From assembly GCA_002269645.1 (NCBI GenBank), contig NIVC01002838.1, positions 62,001 through 126,000 on the forward strand: a DNA stretch of 64,000 bases, given 5' to 3'. The first letter of the stretch is position 1. The number at the start of each line of letters is the position of its first letter. Below, in pieces: positions 45,330-58,464 of this stretch. This DNA comes from Macrostomum lignano. Lineage: Eukaryota. Both the position numbers and the translations under genes were made by a program. Under the pieces are notes generated by a model, which was given only the letters and a program-made list of their open reading frames with translations, searched no databases and had not been told where the DNA came from.

Positions 45330-48300
45330 GAGAGGGAGATGGCAGGAGGGAGAGGAGAGAGATGGCAGCAGAGAGAGGAGAGAGATGGCAGCAGAGAGAG
45401 GAGAGAGATGGCAGCAGAGAGAGGAGAGAGATGGCAGCAAAGAGAGGAGAGAGATGGCAGCAGAGAGAGGAGAGAGATGGCAGCAGAGAGAGGAGAGAGA
45501 TGGCAGCAGAGAGAGGAGAGAGATGGCAGTGAGAGGAGAGAGATGGCAGCAGAGAGAGGAGAGAGATGGCAGCAGAGAGAGGAGAGAGATGGCAGCAGAG
45601 AGAGGAGAGAGATGGCAGCAGAGAGAGGAGAGAGATGGCAGCAGAGAGAGGAGAGAGATGGCAGCAGAGAGAGGTGAGAGATGGCAGCAGAGAGAGGAGA
45701 GAGATGGCAGCAGAGAGAGGAGAGAGATGGCAGTGAGAGGAGAGAGATGGCAGCAGAGAGAGGAGAGAGATGGCAGTGAGAGGTGAGAGATGGCAGCAGA
45801 GAGAGGAGAGAGATGGCAGCAGAGAGAGGAGAGAGATGGCAGCAGAGAGAGGAGAGAGATGGCAGCAGAGAGAGGAGAGAGATGGCAGCAGAGAGAGGAG
45901 AGAGATGGCAGCAGAGAGAGGAGAGAGATGGCAGTGAGAGGAGAGAGATGGCAGCAGAGAGAGGAGAGAGATGGCAGTGAGAGGTGAGAGATGGCAGCAG
46001 AGAGAGGAGAGAGATGGCAGCAGAGAGAGGAGAGAGATGGCAGCAGAGAGAGGAGAGAGATGGCAGCAGAGAGAGGAGAGAGATGGCAGCAGAGAGAGGA
46101 GAGAGATGGCAGTGAGAGGTGAGAGATGGCAGCAGAGAGAGGAGAGAGATGGCAGCAGAGAGAGGAGAGAGATGGCAGCAGAGAGAGGAGAGAGATGGCA
46201 GCAGAGAGAGGAGAGAGATGGCAGCAGAGAGAGGAGAGAGATGGCAGCAGAGAGAGGAGAGAGATGGCAGTGAGAGGAGAGAGATGGCAGCAGAGAGAGG
46301 AGAGAGATGGCAGTGAGAGGTGAGAGATGGCAGCAGAGAGAGGAGAGAGATGGCAGTGAGAGGAGAGAGATGGCAGCAGAGAGAGGAGAGAGATGGCAGT
46401 GAGAGGTGAGAGATGGCAGCAGAGAGAGGAGAGAGATGGCAGCAGAGAGAGGAGAGAGATGGCAGTGAGAGGAGAGAGATGGCAGCAGAGAGGAGAGAGA
46501 TTGTAGCAGAGAGAGGAGAGAGATGGCAGCAGAGAGAGGAGAGAGATGGCAGTGAGAGGAGAGAGATGGCAGCAGAGAGAGGAGAGAGATGGCAGCAGAG
46601 AGAGGAGAGAGATGGCAGTGAGAGGTGAGAGATGGCAGCAGAGAGAGGAGAGAGATGGCAGCAGAGAGAGGAGAGAGATGGCAGTGAGAGGAGAGAGATG
46701 GCAGCAGAGAGGAGAGAGATGGCAGCAGAGAGAGGAGAGAGATGGCAGCAGAGAGAGGAGAGAGATGGCAGCAGAGAGAGGAGAGAGATGGCAGCAGAGA
46801 GAGGAGAGAGATGGCAGTGAGAGGTGAGAGATGGCAGCAGAGAGAGGAGAGAGATGGCAGTGAGAGGAGAGAGATGGCAGCAGAGAGAGGAGAGAGATGG
46901 CAGCAGAGAGAGGAGAGAGATGGCAGTGAGAGGAGAGAGATGGCAGCAGAGAGAGGAGAGAGATGGCAGTGAGAGGTGAGAGATGGCAGCAGAGAGAGGA
47001 GAGAGATGGCAGCAGAGAGAGGAGAGAGATGGCAGTGAGAGGTGAGAGATGGCAGCAGAGAGAGGAGAGAGATGGCAGCAGAGAGAGGAGAGAGATGGCA
47101 GTGAGAGGAGAGAGATGGCAGCAGAGAGGAGAGAGATGGCAGCAGAGAGAGGAGAGAGATGGTAGCAGAGAGAGGAGAGAGATGGCAGCAGAGAGAGGAG
47201 AGAGATGGCAGCAGAGAGAGGAGAGAGATGGCAGCAGAGAGAGGAGAAAGATGGCAGCAGAGAGAGGAGAGAGATGGCAGTGAGAGGAGAGAGATGGCAG
47301 CAGAGAGAGGAGAGAGATTGTAGCAGAGAGAGGAGAGAGATGGCAGCAGAGAGAGGAGAGAGATGGCAGTGAGAGGAGAGAGATGGCAGCAGAGAGAGGA
47401 GAGAGATGGCAGTGAGAGGAGAGAGATGGCAGCAGAGAGAGGAGAGAGATGGCAGTGAGAGGTGAGAGATGGCAGCAGAGAGAGGAGAGAGATGGCAGCA
47501 GAGAGAGGAGAGAGATGGCAGTGAGAGGAGAGAGATGGCAGCAGAGAGGAGAGAGATGGTAGCAGAGAGAGGAGAGAGATGGCAGCAGAGAGAGGAGAGA
47601 GATGGCAGCAGAGAGAGGAGAGAGATGGCAGCAGAGAGAGGAGAGAGATGGCAGTGAGAGGAGAGAGATGGCAGCAGAGAGGAGAGAGATGGTAGCAGAG
47701 AGAGGAGAGAGATGGCAGCAGAGAGAGGAGAGAGATGGCAGCAGAGAGAGGAGAGAGATGGCAGCAGAGAGAGGAGAGAGATGGCAGCAGAGAGAGGAGA
47801 GAGATGGCAGCAGAGAGAGGAGAGAGATGGCAGCAGAGAGAGGAGAGAGATGGCAGCAGAGAGAGGAGAGAGATGGCAGCAGAGAGAGGAGAGAGATGGC
47901 AGCAGAGAGAGGAGAGAGATGGCAGTGAGAGGTGAGAGATGGCAGCAGAGAGAGGAGAGAGATGGCAGTGAGAGGAGAGAGATGGCAGCAGAGAGAGGAG
48001 AGAGATGGCAGCAGAGAGAGGAGAGAGATGGCAGTGAGAGGAGAGAGATGGCAGCAGAGAGAGGAGAGAGATGGCAGTGAGAGGTGAGAGATGGCAGCAG
48101 AGAGAGGAGAGAGATGGCAGTGAGAGGAGAGAGATGGCAGCAGAGAGAGGAGAGAGATGGCAGTGAGAGGTGAGAGATGGCAGCAGAGAGAGGAGAGAGA
48201 TGGCAGCAGAGAGAGGAGAGAGATGGCAGTGAGAGGAGAGAGATGGCAGCAGAGAGGAGAGAGATTGTAGCAGAGAGAGGAGAGAGATGGCAGCAGAGAG

Positions 48301-48745
48301 AGGAGAGAGATGGCAGCAGAGAGAGGAGAGAGATGGCAGCAGAGAGAGGAGAGAGATGGCAGCAGAGAGAGGAGAGAGATGGCAGCAGAGAGAGGAGAGA
48401 GATGGCAGAAGGGAGAGGAGAGAGATGGCAGCAGAGAGAGGAGAGAGATGGCAGCAGAGAGAGGAGAGAGGTGGCAGAAGGGAGAGGAGAGAGATGGCAG
48501 CAGAGAGAGGAGAGAGATGGCAGAAGGGAGAGGAGAGAGATGGCAGCAGAGAGAGGAGAGAGATGGCAGAAGGGAGAGGAGAGAGATGGCAGCAGAGAGA
48601 GGAGAGAGATAGCAGCAGAGAGAGGAGAGAGATGGCAGCAGAGAGAGGAGAGAGATGGCAGAAGGGAGAGGAGAGAGATGGCAGCAGAGAGAGGAGAGAG
48701 ATGGCAGCAGAGAGAGGAGAGAGATGGCAGAGAGAGAAGAGATGA
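45330..48745 (+). repeat. Large minisatellite, 23-bp unit GAGAGATGGCAGCAGAGAGAGGA
   Basis: About 3.4 kb, about 150 copies with recurring shorter variants. Explains the 1200-aa minus-strand ORFs. Confidence 0.98.
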
Positions 48746-49099
48746 CAAGAGTTTAGGGGCAGCAATAATGTATAAAACGGATTTTCACTCGGCACAATCC
48801 TGCGCACTTTTTCCCAGCCATCACGAATAAACTTGTAAGCTGAAGAAAATTGATTTTCGTTCAAAGCTGAGCCGGCAATCAGCGAGAATTCATCAAAGCA
48901 AGAGGCAAATCAAATGGTCAATTCGGAGCCGAATGAAAGATGGGCAAGAGAAAAGGAAAGAAAAAATAAATCTGAATGAATTTTGGCACCGGAGCGGCAG
49001 CACCCCAGTCAGCAGCTCTGGGAGGGTGCTGGGGAACTGGCGGTGCCCTACATTTCACTCCACATTTCATGGATTGCAATGTCTTAAAGCCTTATGTCG

Positions 49100-49880
49100 A
49101 GTGACGCGTGGAGAGAAAGGGGGGCGAAGAGAGGGCGGAGGGCGGAGAGAGGGCGGATATGGGTGGAGGATTTCCGGAGAAAGGGGCGGAGAGAGGGGGC
49201 GGCGGAGAGAGGGGCGGAGAGAGGACGGAGAGAGGGGCGGGGAGAGGGCGGAGAGAGGGGCGGAGAGAGGGCGGAGGAAGAGGGCGGAGAGAGGGTCGGA
49301 GAGAGATGGGTGGAGAGAGAGGCGGAGAGAGGGGCGGAAAGAGGGGCGGAAAGAGGGGCGGAAAGAGGGGCGGAGAGAGGGGCGGAGAGAGAGGCGGAAA
49401 GAGGGGCGAAGAGAGGGGCGGAGAGGGGGGCGGAGAGAGGGGCGGAGAGAGATGGGCGGAGAGAGGGGCGGAGAAAGGGGCCGAGAGAGGGGCGGAGAGA
49501 GAAGCGGAGAGAGATGGGCGGAGAGAGAGGCGGAGAGAGGGGCGGAGAGAGGGGCGGAGAGGGGGGCGGAGAGAGGGGCGGAGAGAGATGGGCGGAGAGA
49601 GGGGCGGAGAAAGGGGCCGAGAGAGGGGCGGAGAGAGAAGCGGAGAGAGATGGGCGGAGAGAGAGGCGGAGAGAGGGGCGGAGAGAGAGTCGGAGAGAGG
49701 GGCGGAAAGAGGGGCGGAGAGAGGGGCGGAGAGAGGGGGCGGCGGAGAGAGAGGCGGAGTGAGGGGCGGAGAGAGGGGCGGAGAGAGGGGCGGAGAGAGG
49801 GGCGGAGAGAGAAGCGGAGAGAGGGGCGGAGAGAGGGGCGGAGAGAGGGGGTGGAGAGAGGGGGCAGCGGAGAGAGAGGC
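49100..49880 (+). repeat. 12-bp repeat (GAGAGGGGCGGA)n
   Basis: About 60 imperfect copies, most containing GGGCGG or GGCGG. Confidence 0.95.
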
Positions 49881-50165
49881 GGCTATAGCAGATAAAGGGA
49901 TGCGAATAGCACTGGAGCAGGCATAAACAGGATTGAGTTTGGTACGCGGCAGCGCATTCCGGAGGTATAAAAACGGGCAGGTAAAAAGCCCGCCTAATCA
50001 ACAGGCACTGAATGCTTTCTGTTCTAGCAAGCAGACAGCGGATTAAAAGACAGAAAATTATTTTTTCCATGCTAAATGCGCTCCCATGCAATTGACAGCC
50101 TCGTGGAGAGCTATAAGCGTCGCATTTGATGAAACACAAACCCCGGAGCGCGAAAGGATGAGCTG

Positions 50166-50191
50166 GAGAGAGAAAGAGAGAGAGAGAGAGA

Positions 50192-50240
<49 letters not shown>
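50166..50240 (+). repeat. (GA)n microsatellite
   Basis: Near-pure GA run. Confidence 0.95.
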
Positions 50241-50241
<1 letters not shown>

Positions 50242-50799
50242 CAGACAGACAGCGTTTGAATTTGCGCCATAAGCGAGGCATCAATTGACAATTTGAGCAA
50301 TTTTGAGTTGCTACGCCAGAGAGTGCATCTGCACTTCCGCTCTTTAGGGAATTCGAGCTGCTCAGCTCAGTACGACGGGATGTTTCGAGTGAATGGCACA
50401 GGAAATTTTAAAAAAAGCCTGGCTTGCTTTAAAACGTCAGCTAGCATTGCTGGGTGGTGGAGGCGGCTTTGTTTTTTTGCACGGAGCGATTTCATGAAGT
50501 TGAGAAAGAAGCTGATGATGGGAAGCCATGCGCCCGGCCCCCAGACTCTCTATTGTTCTGCCAGTTGCATTCAAAAAAATTTTTCTGATCCCTGCATTCT
50601 CGCTTTTATGATGGACCGATGGGTGAAAATGGGGATGTTTGTCGGGAGCACAGAACTGAAGGCAAACTTTTAGTAGCATGATGATGGGATGATGGAGAAT
50701 GGTTGGGTTGAGAGAGGAGCGAAGTTCCAACTAAAGTTGAGTACAGTAAAGTAGAGAGTATCTTAGTAAGAAATGTAAAAAAAGATTTAGATTACAGTA

Positions 50800-52085
50800 G
50801 AGTAGACTTCAGTAGAGTAGAGTGGTGTAAAGTAGAGCAGAGGGCAGTAGAGTAGAGAGTAGAGGGCAGTAGACTAAAGAGTAGAGGGCAGTAGACTAGA
50901 GAGTAGAGGGCAGTAGACTAGAGAGTAGAGGGCAGTAGACTAGAGAGTAGAGGGCAGTAGAGAGTAGAGGGCAGTAGAGTAGAGAGTAGAGGGCTGTAGA
51001 GAGTAGAGGGCAGTAGAGAGTAGAGGGCAGTAGAGAGTAGAGGGCAGTAGAGTAGAGAGTAGAGGGCAGTAGACTAGAGAGTAGAGGGCAGTAGAGAGTA
51101 GAGGGCAGTAGAGTAGAGAGTAGAGGGCAGTAGAGAGTAGAGGGCAGTGGAGAGTAGAGGGCAGTAGACTAGAGAGTAGAGGGCAGTAGACTAGAGAGTA
51201 GAGGGCAGTAGAGAGTAGAGGGCAGTAGAGTAGAGAGAAGAGGGCAGTAGACTAGAGAGTAGAGGGCAGTAGACTAGAGAGTAGAGGGCAGTAGACTAGA
51301 GAGTAGAGGGCAGTAGACTAGAGAGTAGAGGGCAGTAGAGAGTAGAGGGCAGTAGAGAGTAGAGGGCAGTAGACTAGAGAGTAGAGGGCAGTAGACTAGA
51401 GAGTAGAGGGCAGTAGAGAGTAGAGGGCAGTAGAGAGTAGAGGGCAGTAGACAGTAGACTAGAGTAGAGGGCAGTAGAGTAAAGAGTAGAGGGCAGTAGA
51501 CTAGAGAGAAGAGGGCAGTAGACTAGAGAGTAGAGGGCAGTAGACTAGAGAGTAGAGGGCAGTAGACTAGAGAGTAGAGGGCAGTAGACTAGAGAGTAGA
51601 GGGCAGTAGAGAGTAGAGGGCAGTAGACTAGAGAGTAGAGGGCAGTAGACTAGAGAGTAGAGGGCAGTAGAGTAAAGAGTAGAGGGCAGTAGACTAGAGA
51701 GAAGAGGGCAGTAGACTAGAGAGTAGAGGGCAGTAGACTAGAGAGTAGAGGGCAGTAGACTAGAGAGTAGAGGGCAGTAGACTAGAGAGTAGAGGGCAGT
51801 AGAGAGTAGAGGGCAGTAGACTAGAGAGTAGAGGGCAGTAGACTAGAGAGTAGAGGGCAGTAGAGAGTAGAGGGCAGTAGACTAGAGAGTAGAGGGCAGT
51901 AGACTAGAGAGTAGAAGGCAGTAGAGTAGAGAGTAGAGGGCAGTAGACTAGAGAGAAGAGGGCAGTAGACTAGAGAGTAGAGGGCAGTAGAGTAGAGAGT
52001 AGAGGGCAGTAAACTAGAGAGAAGAGGGCAGTAGACTAGAGAGTAGAGGGCTGTAGAGAGTAGAGGACAGTAGAGAGTAGAATAG
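50800..52085 (+). repeat. Minisatellite, 22/15-bp units (GAGAGTAGAGGGCAGTAGACTA)
   Basis: About 60 copies. Confidence 0.96.
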
Positions 52086-52639
52086 AGGGTAGCCGTGGGC
52101 AGGAGTCAACAGCAGATTTCAGTCAGTCAGTGGGCATTTTCATCACAGTTCCAGTTGAAGGTCAAAGTGAGCCTGACAGAGTGCTTCAGTGCACTGTTGT
52201 CATCAGTAGTTGCAAATGCGCAGAGCGCAGGCCAAGTTTAAACAGAAACGAATTTGTGATAAACGGAGGGAGGTTTTTGTTTAGCTGAAACCCTTGCCAA
52301 GTTATACCGAGAATACTTAAGCGAAGGTTATTTTCCATTTAGCCGGTAGCTGGAACAGTTGTGTATTAGAATTTATTCTTTATTTTATAGCAGGATATGA
52401 GGAAGACCCTGCACTGCAGTTTCGCGAAGCCAAGCGTATGAAGGAAGTCCCGCCTTTGTCAGATGGCGGCTGGTAAATTTGTTTTGTAAAATAGGGAAAT
52501 TATCTAGTAGAAGGGATTAATCCTGTGATTGGACCACGCCCTTGCTTAATCCTGGATCTCCGTAGAGAAGATTTTTATTAACTGATTACAAATCGGGAGT
52601 TACTCCAGCCGATAGCGCAAAAAAAGTTTAGATTTTATA

Positions 52640-53390
52640 ATATCCAGACACTCGTAGATAGAAGGCCGTCTGGGTATCTAGAAGAGTGTCTGAGTATCTC
52701 CAAGGGTTTCTGGGTATCTAGAAAACCGTCTGGGTATATAGAGAAGTGTCTATTATCTATAATTATGTCTAGGTATCTAGAAGAGTGTCTGGGTATATAG
52801 ATGAGTTTCTGGGTATCTAGATGAGTGTCTGGGTATCTAGATGAGTCTCTGGGTATCTAGAATGGTATCTTGCTATCAAAATGATACCTATAAATCTAGA
52901 AGGGTCTATAGGTATTTAGAAAAGTGTCTGGGTATCTAGACGAGTGTCTGGGTATCTAGACGAGTGTCTGGGTATCTAGACGAGTTTTTGGGTATCAAGA
53001 GGAGTCTCTGGGTATCCACAAGGGTATCTGGATATTTAGTAAGGTTGGTGGGTATTTAAAAAGGTTTATGGGTACCCAGGAGGGTGTGCGGTTATCCAGA
53101 AGTCTGTCTGGGTAGCTAAAAATGTGTCTGGGTATTTAGAGGAATGTTTGGGATCTGGGTATCCAGAAGGGTGTCTATGTGTCTAGAAGGGTGTCCAGAA
53201 GGGTGTTTGGGTATCCAGAAGGGTGTGTGTCTGGGTATCCAGAAGGGTGTCTGGGTATCCAGAAGGGTGTCTGGGTATCCAGAAGGGTGTCTGGGTATCC
53301 AGAATGGTGTCTGGGTATCCAGAAGGGTGTCTGGGTATCCAGAAGGGTGTCTGGGTATCCAGTAGGGTGTCTGGATGTCTAGAAGGGTGT
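52640..53390 (+). repeat. Minisatellite, 20-bp unit CTGGGTATCCAGAAGGGTGT
   Basis: Degenerate on the left, homogeneous on the right. Confidence 0.92.
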
Positions 53391-53469
53391 CTGAGGCCCT
53401 TGAAATGAGATTAGAAGCATCTGTAACAGCACCAGTGATTTCATACGAGGCAATCAATGCTGCATTTAC

Positions 53470-53694
53470 CTTCGCCAACTATTCGACTCGTGCCGTTCAT
53501 TGGGGCAGCGGCGGCTCCACCCGCCGAGATGCCGGCCACTCGGGGCAGGTTGATTTGCTTCTTGGCCTCCCGGCCTGGCGTGAGCTGTCTCGGCGCTGGC
53601 TGCACCTGCAGGATCCGAGCTGCCTGACCGGGCGATGCGGCTGCCCCGGCGCTGCGCTGTTGTGCGGGTGGGCGATTGGATGAGCGATTGACAG
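53470..53694 (-). CDS. Putative upstream PDE1 exon (disordered N-terminus)
   Basis: GC-rich island, ttcaccag|CT ... GAAG|gtaaat, phase 1-1, compatible with exon 40756-40897. Reads VNRSSNRPPAQQRS...KKQINLPRVAGISAGG...IVGE. No homology support. Confidence 0.55.
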
Positions 53695-53824
53695 CTGGTG
53701 AACTTATCATAGTAGGGGGCTGGTTAGCTTAGTAGTTGTGGGCGAGCGCGGGAATGAGGAGTGGCGCTTTTGTGACTCCGGCGCCACACTGACACACCTG
53801 AATTCGCGTCAGAACGACAGCTGA

Positions 53825-54650
53825 TGTGGCGCCACAATGCCATGAAAGGTTGGCACCACAGTGACATAAAAGATTGGCGCCACAGTGACATACAGGAGTT
53901 GGCGCCACAATGCCATGAAAGATTGGCGCCACAATGACATAAAAGATTGGCGCCACAGTGACATACAGGAGTTGGCGCCACAATGCCATGAAAGATTGGC
54001 GCCACAATGATATAAAAGATAGGTGCCACAATGCCATGAAAGATTGGCGCCACAATGATATAAAAGATAGGTGCCACAATGCCATGAAAGATTGGCGCCA
54101 CAGTGACACACAGGATTTGGCGCCACAGTGACACGACACACAGGAGTTAGCGCCACAATGACATAAAAGATTGGCGCCACAGTGACATACAGGAGTTGGC
54201 GCCACAATGCCATGAAATATTGGCGCCACAATGATATAAAAGATAGGCGCCACAATGCCATGAAAGATTGGCGCCACAGTGACACGACACACAGGAGTTA
54301 GCGCCACAATGACATAAAAGATTGGCGCCACAATGATATAAAAGAGTGGCGCCACAATTCCACTTAAGATTGGCGCCAGAGTGACACACAGGAGTTGGCG
54401 CCACAATGTCATGAAAGAGTGGCGCCACAATGCCATGAAAGATTGGCGCCACAGTGACACACAGGATGTGGCGCCACAATGCCATGAAAGATTGGCGCCA
54501 CAGTGACACACAGGAGTTGGCGCCACAGTGACACACAGGAGTTGGCGCCACAATGACATTAAAGATCGGCGCCACAATGCCATGAGAGATTGGCGTCACA
54601 ATGACATTAAAGATTGGCGCCACAGTGACATCTGATGTGGCGCCACAATG
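53825..54650 (+). repeat. Minisatellite with TGGCGCCACA core (~23-25-bp alternating units)
   Basis: About 35 units such as TTGGCGCCACAATGCCATGAAAGA. Confidence 0.93.
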
Positions 54651-55089
54651 ACACTTAAGACGCGCTATTTTTCCTGCTTTCTAATTTCTAGTAACTATCT
54701 GTATAAATATGAGTACTCAAGAGGCCGCAGCTGAAGCCTCGCGGATGCAGGAGTGCAGGATTTCAGCAAGGAGATTTGGGAAATGGTGGGGGGAAGCAGG
54801 AAAAATGAAGAGCAGGAAATTAGTAGCGCTACGCTACTAGGGGAAGAGGAAGCCTTTGTAAAACTGAAAGGCATTGTGTAGCAGCACGCCCGGGTTTCGT
54901 ATTATAATTAATAAGGCTCGGAGGCTCAAGCTCAGACAGTGAAAGAGAAACCAACTCATAACTCTCAGTTCTGTCACCACAGCGGCGTTAGATATGTACA
55001 ATATTGAAGAGGATCCTTTCTGCGTGTGCATCAGGCTTTCACCTGCTTGACTGAGTCAATATCTTTTTCAATGCTTTTGAATTCACCTG

Positions 55090-55425
55090 GTGCCACTATA
55101 AGGACCTTCGTCGGGCGCCACTATAAGGACCTTCGTCTGGCGCCACTATAAGGACCTTCATCTGGCGCCACTATAAGGACCTTCGTCTGGCGCCACTATA
55201 AGGACCTTCGTCTGGCGCCACTATAAGGACCTTCGTCTGGCGCCACTATAAGGACCTTCACCTGGTGCCACTATAAGAACCATCGTCTGGCGCCACTATA
55301 AGGACCTTCGTCTGGCGCCACTATAAGGACCTTCACCTGGTGCCACTATAAGAACCATCGTCTGGCGCCACTATAAGGACCTTCGTCTGGCGCCACTATA
55401 AGGACCTTCGTCTGGCGCCACTCAA
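55090..55425 (+). repeat. Minisatellite, 25-bp unit CTGGCGCCACTATAAGGACCTTCGT
   Basis: About 13 copies. Confidence 0.95.
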
Positions 55426-56204
55426 GAATCTTAAAAATCCAAGCTACCTAATAAGAAATTTTGGTGCTACTAAAAGTAAAATTACATGAATTTTCTGTTT
55501 ACAAACCCATCAACAAGATGTGCTTTTATATAACAAAAATAGTTGTACAATACAAGATGCTGTGTATTATTTTTAAAGCGAGAACTTACCAGTTAGATGA
55601 ATTATTTACTTCTGACCTACTGGGCAACAGGCAAAATGCTGTATAAGTTCTTTCTCGATATTATTTCTTCTAACGTTTTAATCTGTCGTGCAGAATTGAA
55701 GAGCAACTGATTTTTGCATAAGGTAGTGTCGTCACTCGCTCCAAACCTCAAACTCATGCACCCCAGCTGTTGGCGGTGAGTAACTTTACAAACCTACACA
55801 AGTCGTTACCAGCTTAAGAGCTGTGGTCGGGGTCTGTCACACACACTGACGACCAATCGGGTTGCAGTACAGAGTGTAGGCTTAAATACTTTAACAGAAT
55901 TTCTTTTGCGTAGGGTGTTTGTTGAGCTACTATAATAAGTTCTGCACACACAGACAGGCATGCACTGAGAGGGAATTGGAATATATTGATTTGCATTGGT
56001 TGGAATCGTACATTAGCCAACGAGACAGAACTCTGACTGACTGACTGCTCAGTCCCAAAACAGCCACTTGGAAATGGTCAAAATCAATGTACGTTGATTA
56101 AATTGTAGAAAAGCACAAACTATTAGGGTGGGAGTTCAAAATCTACTTTAAATCGGTGTTTTTTATGGACTGTCTTCAGCGCATTACCTCGTAGGGACAC
56201 AAGA

Positions 56205-57365
56205 TTGGCGCTCTATGATCAATAAGACTGACGCTCTATGATCAATAAGACTGGCGCTCTATGATCAATAAGATTGGCGCTCTATGATCAATAAGACTGG
56301 CGCTCTATGATCAATAAGACTGGCGCTCTATGATCAATAAGACTGGTGCTCTATGATCAATAAGACTGGCGCTCTATAATCAATAAGACTGGCGCTCTAT
56401 GATCAATAAGACTGGCGCTCTATAATCAATAAGACTGGCGCTCTATGATCAATAAGACTGGTGCTCTATGATCAATAAGACTGGCGCTCTATGATCAATG
56501 AGATTTGCGCTCTATGATCAATAGGATTGGCGCTCTATGATCAATAAGATTGGCGTCCCATGATCAATAAGATTGGCGCTCTATGATCAATAAGACTGGC
56601 GCTCTATGATCAATAGGATTGGCGCTCTATGATCAATGAGATTGGTGCTCTATGATCAATAAGATTGGCTCTCTATGATCAATAAGATTGGAGCTTTATG
56701 ATCAATAAGATTGGCGCTCTATGTTCAAAAAGATTAACGCTCTATAATCAATACGATTGGCGCCCAACGATCAATAAGACTGGTGCTCTATGATCAATAA
56801 GATTGGCGCTCTATGATCAATAGGATTGGCGCTCTATGATCAATAAGATTGGTGCTCTATGATCAATAAGATTGGCTCTCTATGATCAATAAGATTGGAG
56901 CTTTATGATCAATAAGATTGGCGCTCTATGTTCAAAAAGATTAACGCTCTATAATCAATACGATTGGCGCCCAACGATCAATAAGACTGGTGCTCTATGA
57001 TCAATAAGATTGGCGCTCTATGATCAATAAGATTGGCGCTCTATGATCAATAAGATTGGCGCTCTATGATCAATAAGATTGGCGCTCTATGATCAATAAG
57101 ATTGGCGTCCCATGATCAATAAGATTGGCGCTCTATGATCAATAAGACTGGCGCTCTATGATCAATAAGACTGGCGCTCTATGATAAATAAAATTGGCGC
57201 TCTATGATCAATAAGATTGGCGCTCTATGATCAATAAGATTGATGCTCTATGGTCAATAAGATTGGAGCTTTATGATCAATAAGATTGGCGCTCTATGAT
57301 CAATAAGATTGGCGCTCTATGATCAATCGGATTGGCGCTCTATGATCAATAAGATTGGCGCTCTA
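56205..57365 (+). repeat. Minisatellite, 23-bp unit GATTGGCGCTCTATGATCAATAA
   Basis: About 50 copies with a 207-bp (9-mer) higher-order duplication. Confidence 0.97.
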
Positions 57366-57704
57366 TGATCATTAAGATTGTGACCCCGTTCTGAGGAAAC
57401 CATTTGTAACTGCATGGGTTGAGAGTAAATTTTGAGAGCAAGTCTTTCGAAAATTTACACAGCAACAAGAGCAAGCACGTGTTTGAACAAAAAGCAATCT
57501 TCCATGGGTGCCTGAACTCCTCTTCGATTGCTCCTGCAGGTCCTGTGCCATTTGATCTCCCTACTCTGAGGATTCCGCGAGCCACTCCTTTGATCTGTCG
57601 CTACTTGTTGCTGAGCGGTTATTAAAAATAATGAAAACGCGCTGCTCAAGCCACGAAAGCGAAGTACTTTTTGAGCTGAATTCACTGCAGTTCAGTTTAC
57701 TCAC

Positions 57705-57758
57705 TTGGGGCGTTGCTCAAACCACTGCTTTTACTAAGAATACTCAGCATGAAACTGG
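57705..57758 (-). CDS. Putative small 5' exon (SFMLSILSKSSGLSNAP), possibly PDE1
   Basis: tactcag|CC ... CCAA|gtgagt, phase 1-1. The internal ATG at 57750 could be a start. Confidence 0.35.
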
Positions 57759-57784
57759 CTGAGTACATTTGCTTATGAGCATGG

Positions 57785-57867
57785 CTGTCTGCCTGCCTGT
57801 CTGTCTGTATGTCTGTCTGTCTGTCTGTCTGTCTGTCTTTCTGTCTTTCTGTCTGTCTGTCTGTCTT

Positions 57868-57910
<43 letters not shown>

Positions 57911-57911
57911 T

Positions 57912-57958
<47 letters not shown>

Positions 57959-57979
57959 TTCTGTCTGTCTGTCTGTCTT

Positions 57980-58026
<47 letters not shown>

Positions 58027-58027
58027 T

Positions 58028-58058
<31 letters not shown>

Positions 58059-58181
58059 TTCTGTCTTTCTGTCTGTCTGTCTGTCTTTCTGTCTGTCTGT
58101 CTGTCTGTCTGTCTGCCTGTCTTTCTGTCTTTCTGTCTGTCTGTCTGTCTTTCTGTCTGTCTGCCTGTCTGTCTGTCTGCC

Positions 58182-58258
<77 letters not shown>

Positions 58259-58261
58259 TAG

Positions 58262-58298
<37 letters not shown>

Positions 58299-58343
58299 GT
58301 CTGTCTGTCTGTCTGTCTGTCTTAGTGTCTGTCTGTCTGTCTT

Positions 58344-58405
<62 letters not shown>
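57785..58405 (+). repeat. Microsatellite (GTCT)n
   Basis: About 150 units with TTCT variants. Confidence 0.97.
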
Positions 58406-58464
58406 GTATTGCTGCATTGACAACCGAAATTAATGCCCGAGAGCCATCAGTCATGGGGACTCAC

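Noticed and set aside
45098-48864. 1216-aa and 1204-aa ORFs, and other long low-complexity ORFs (4985-6204, 14250-15639, 29739-30963, 31258-32300, 33523-34546, 36657-37931, 40834-41811, 48933-50139, 57769-58518, 60947-61579)
   Set aside because: They are translations of stop-free tandem repeats, open in several frames at once, lie in introns or spacers, and have no domain content.
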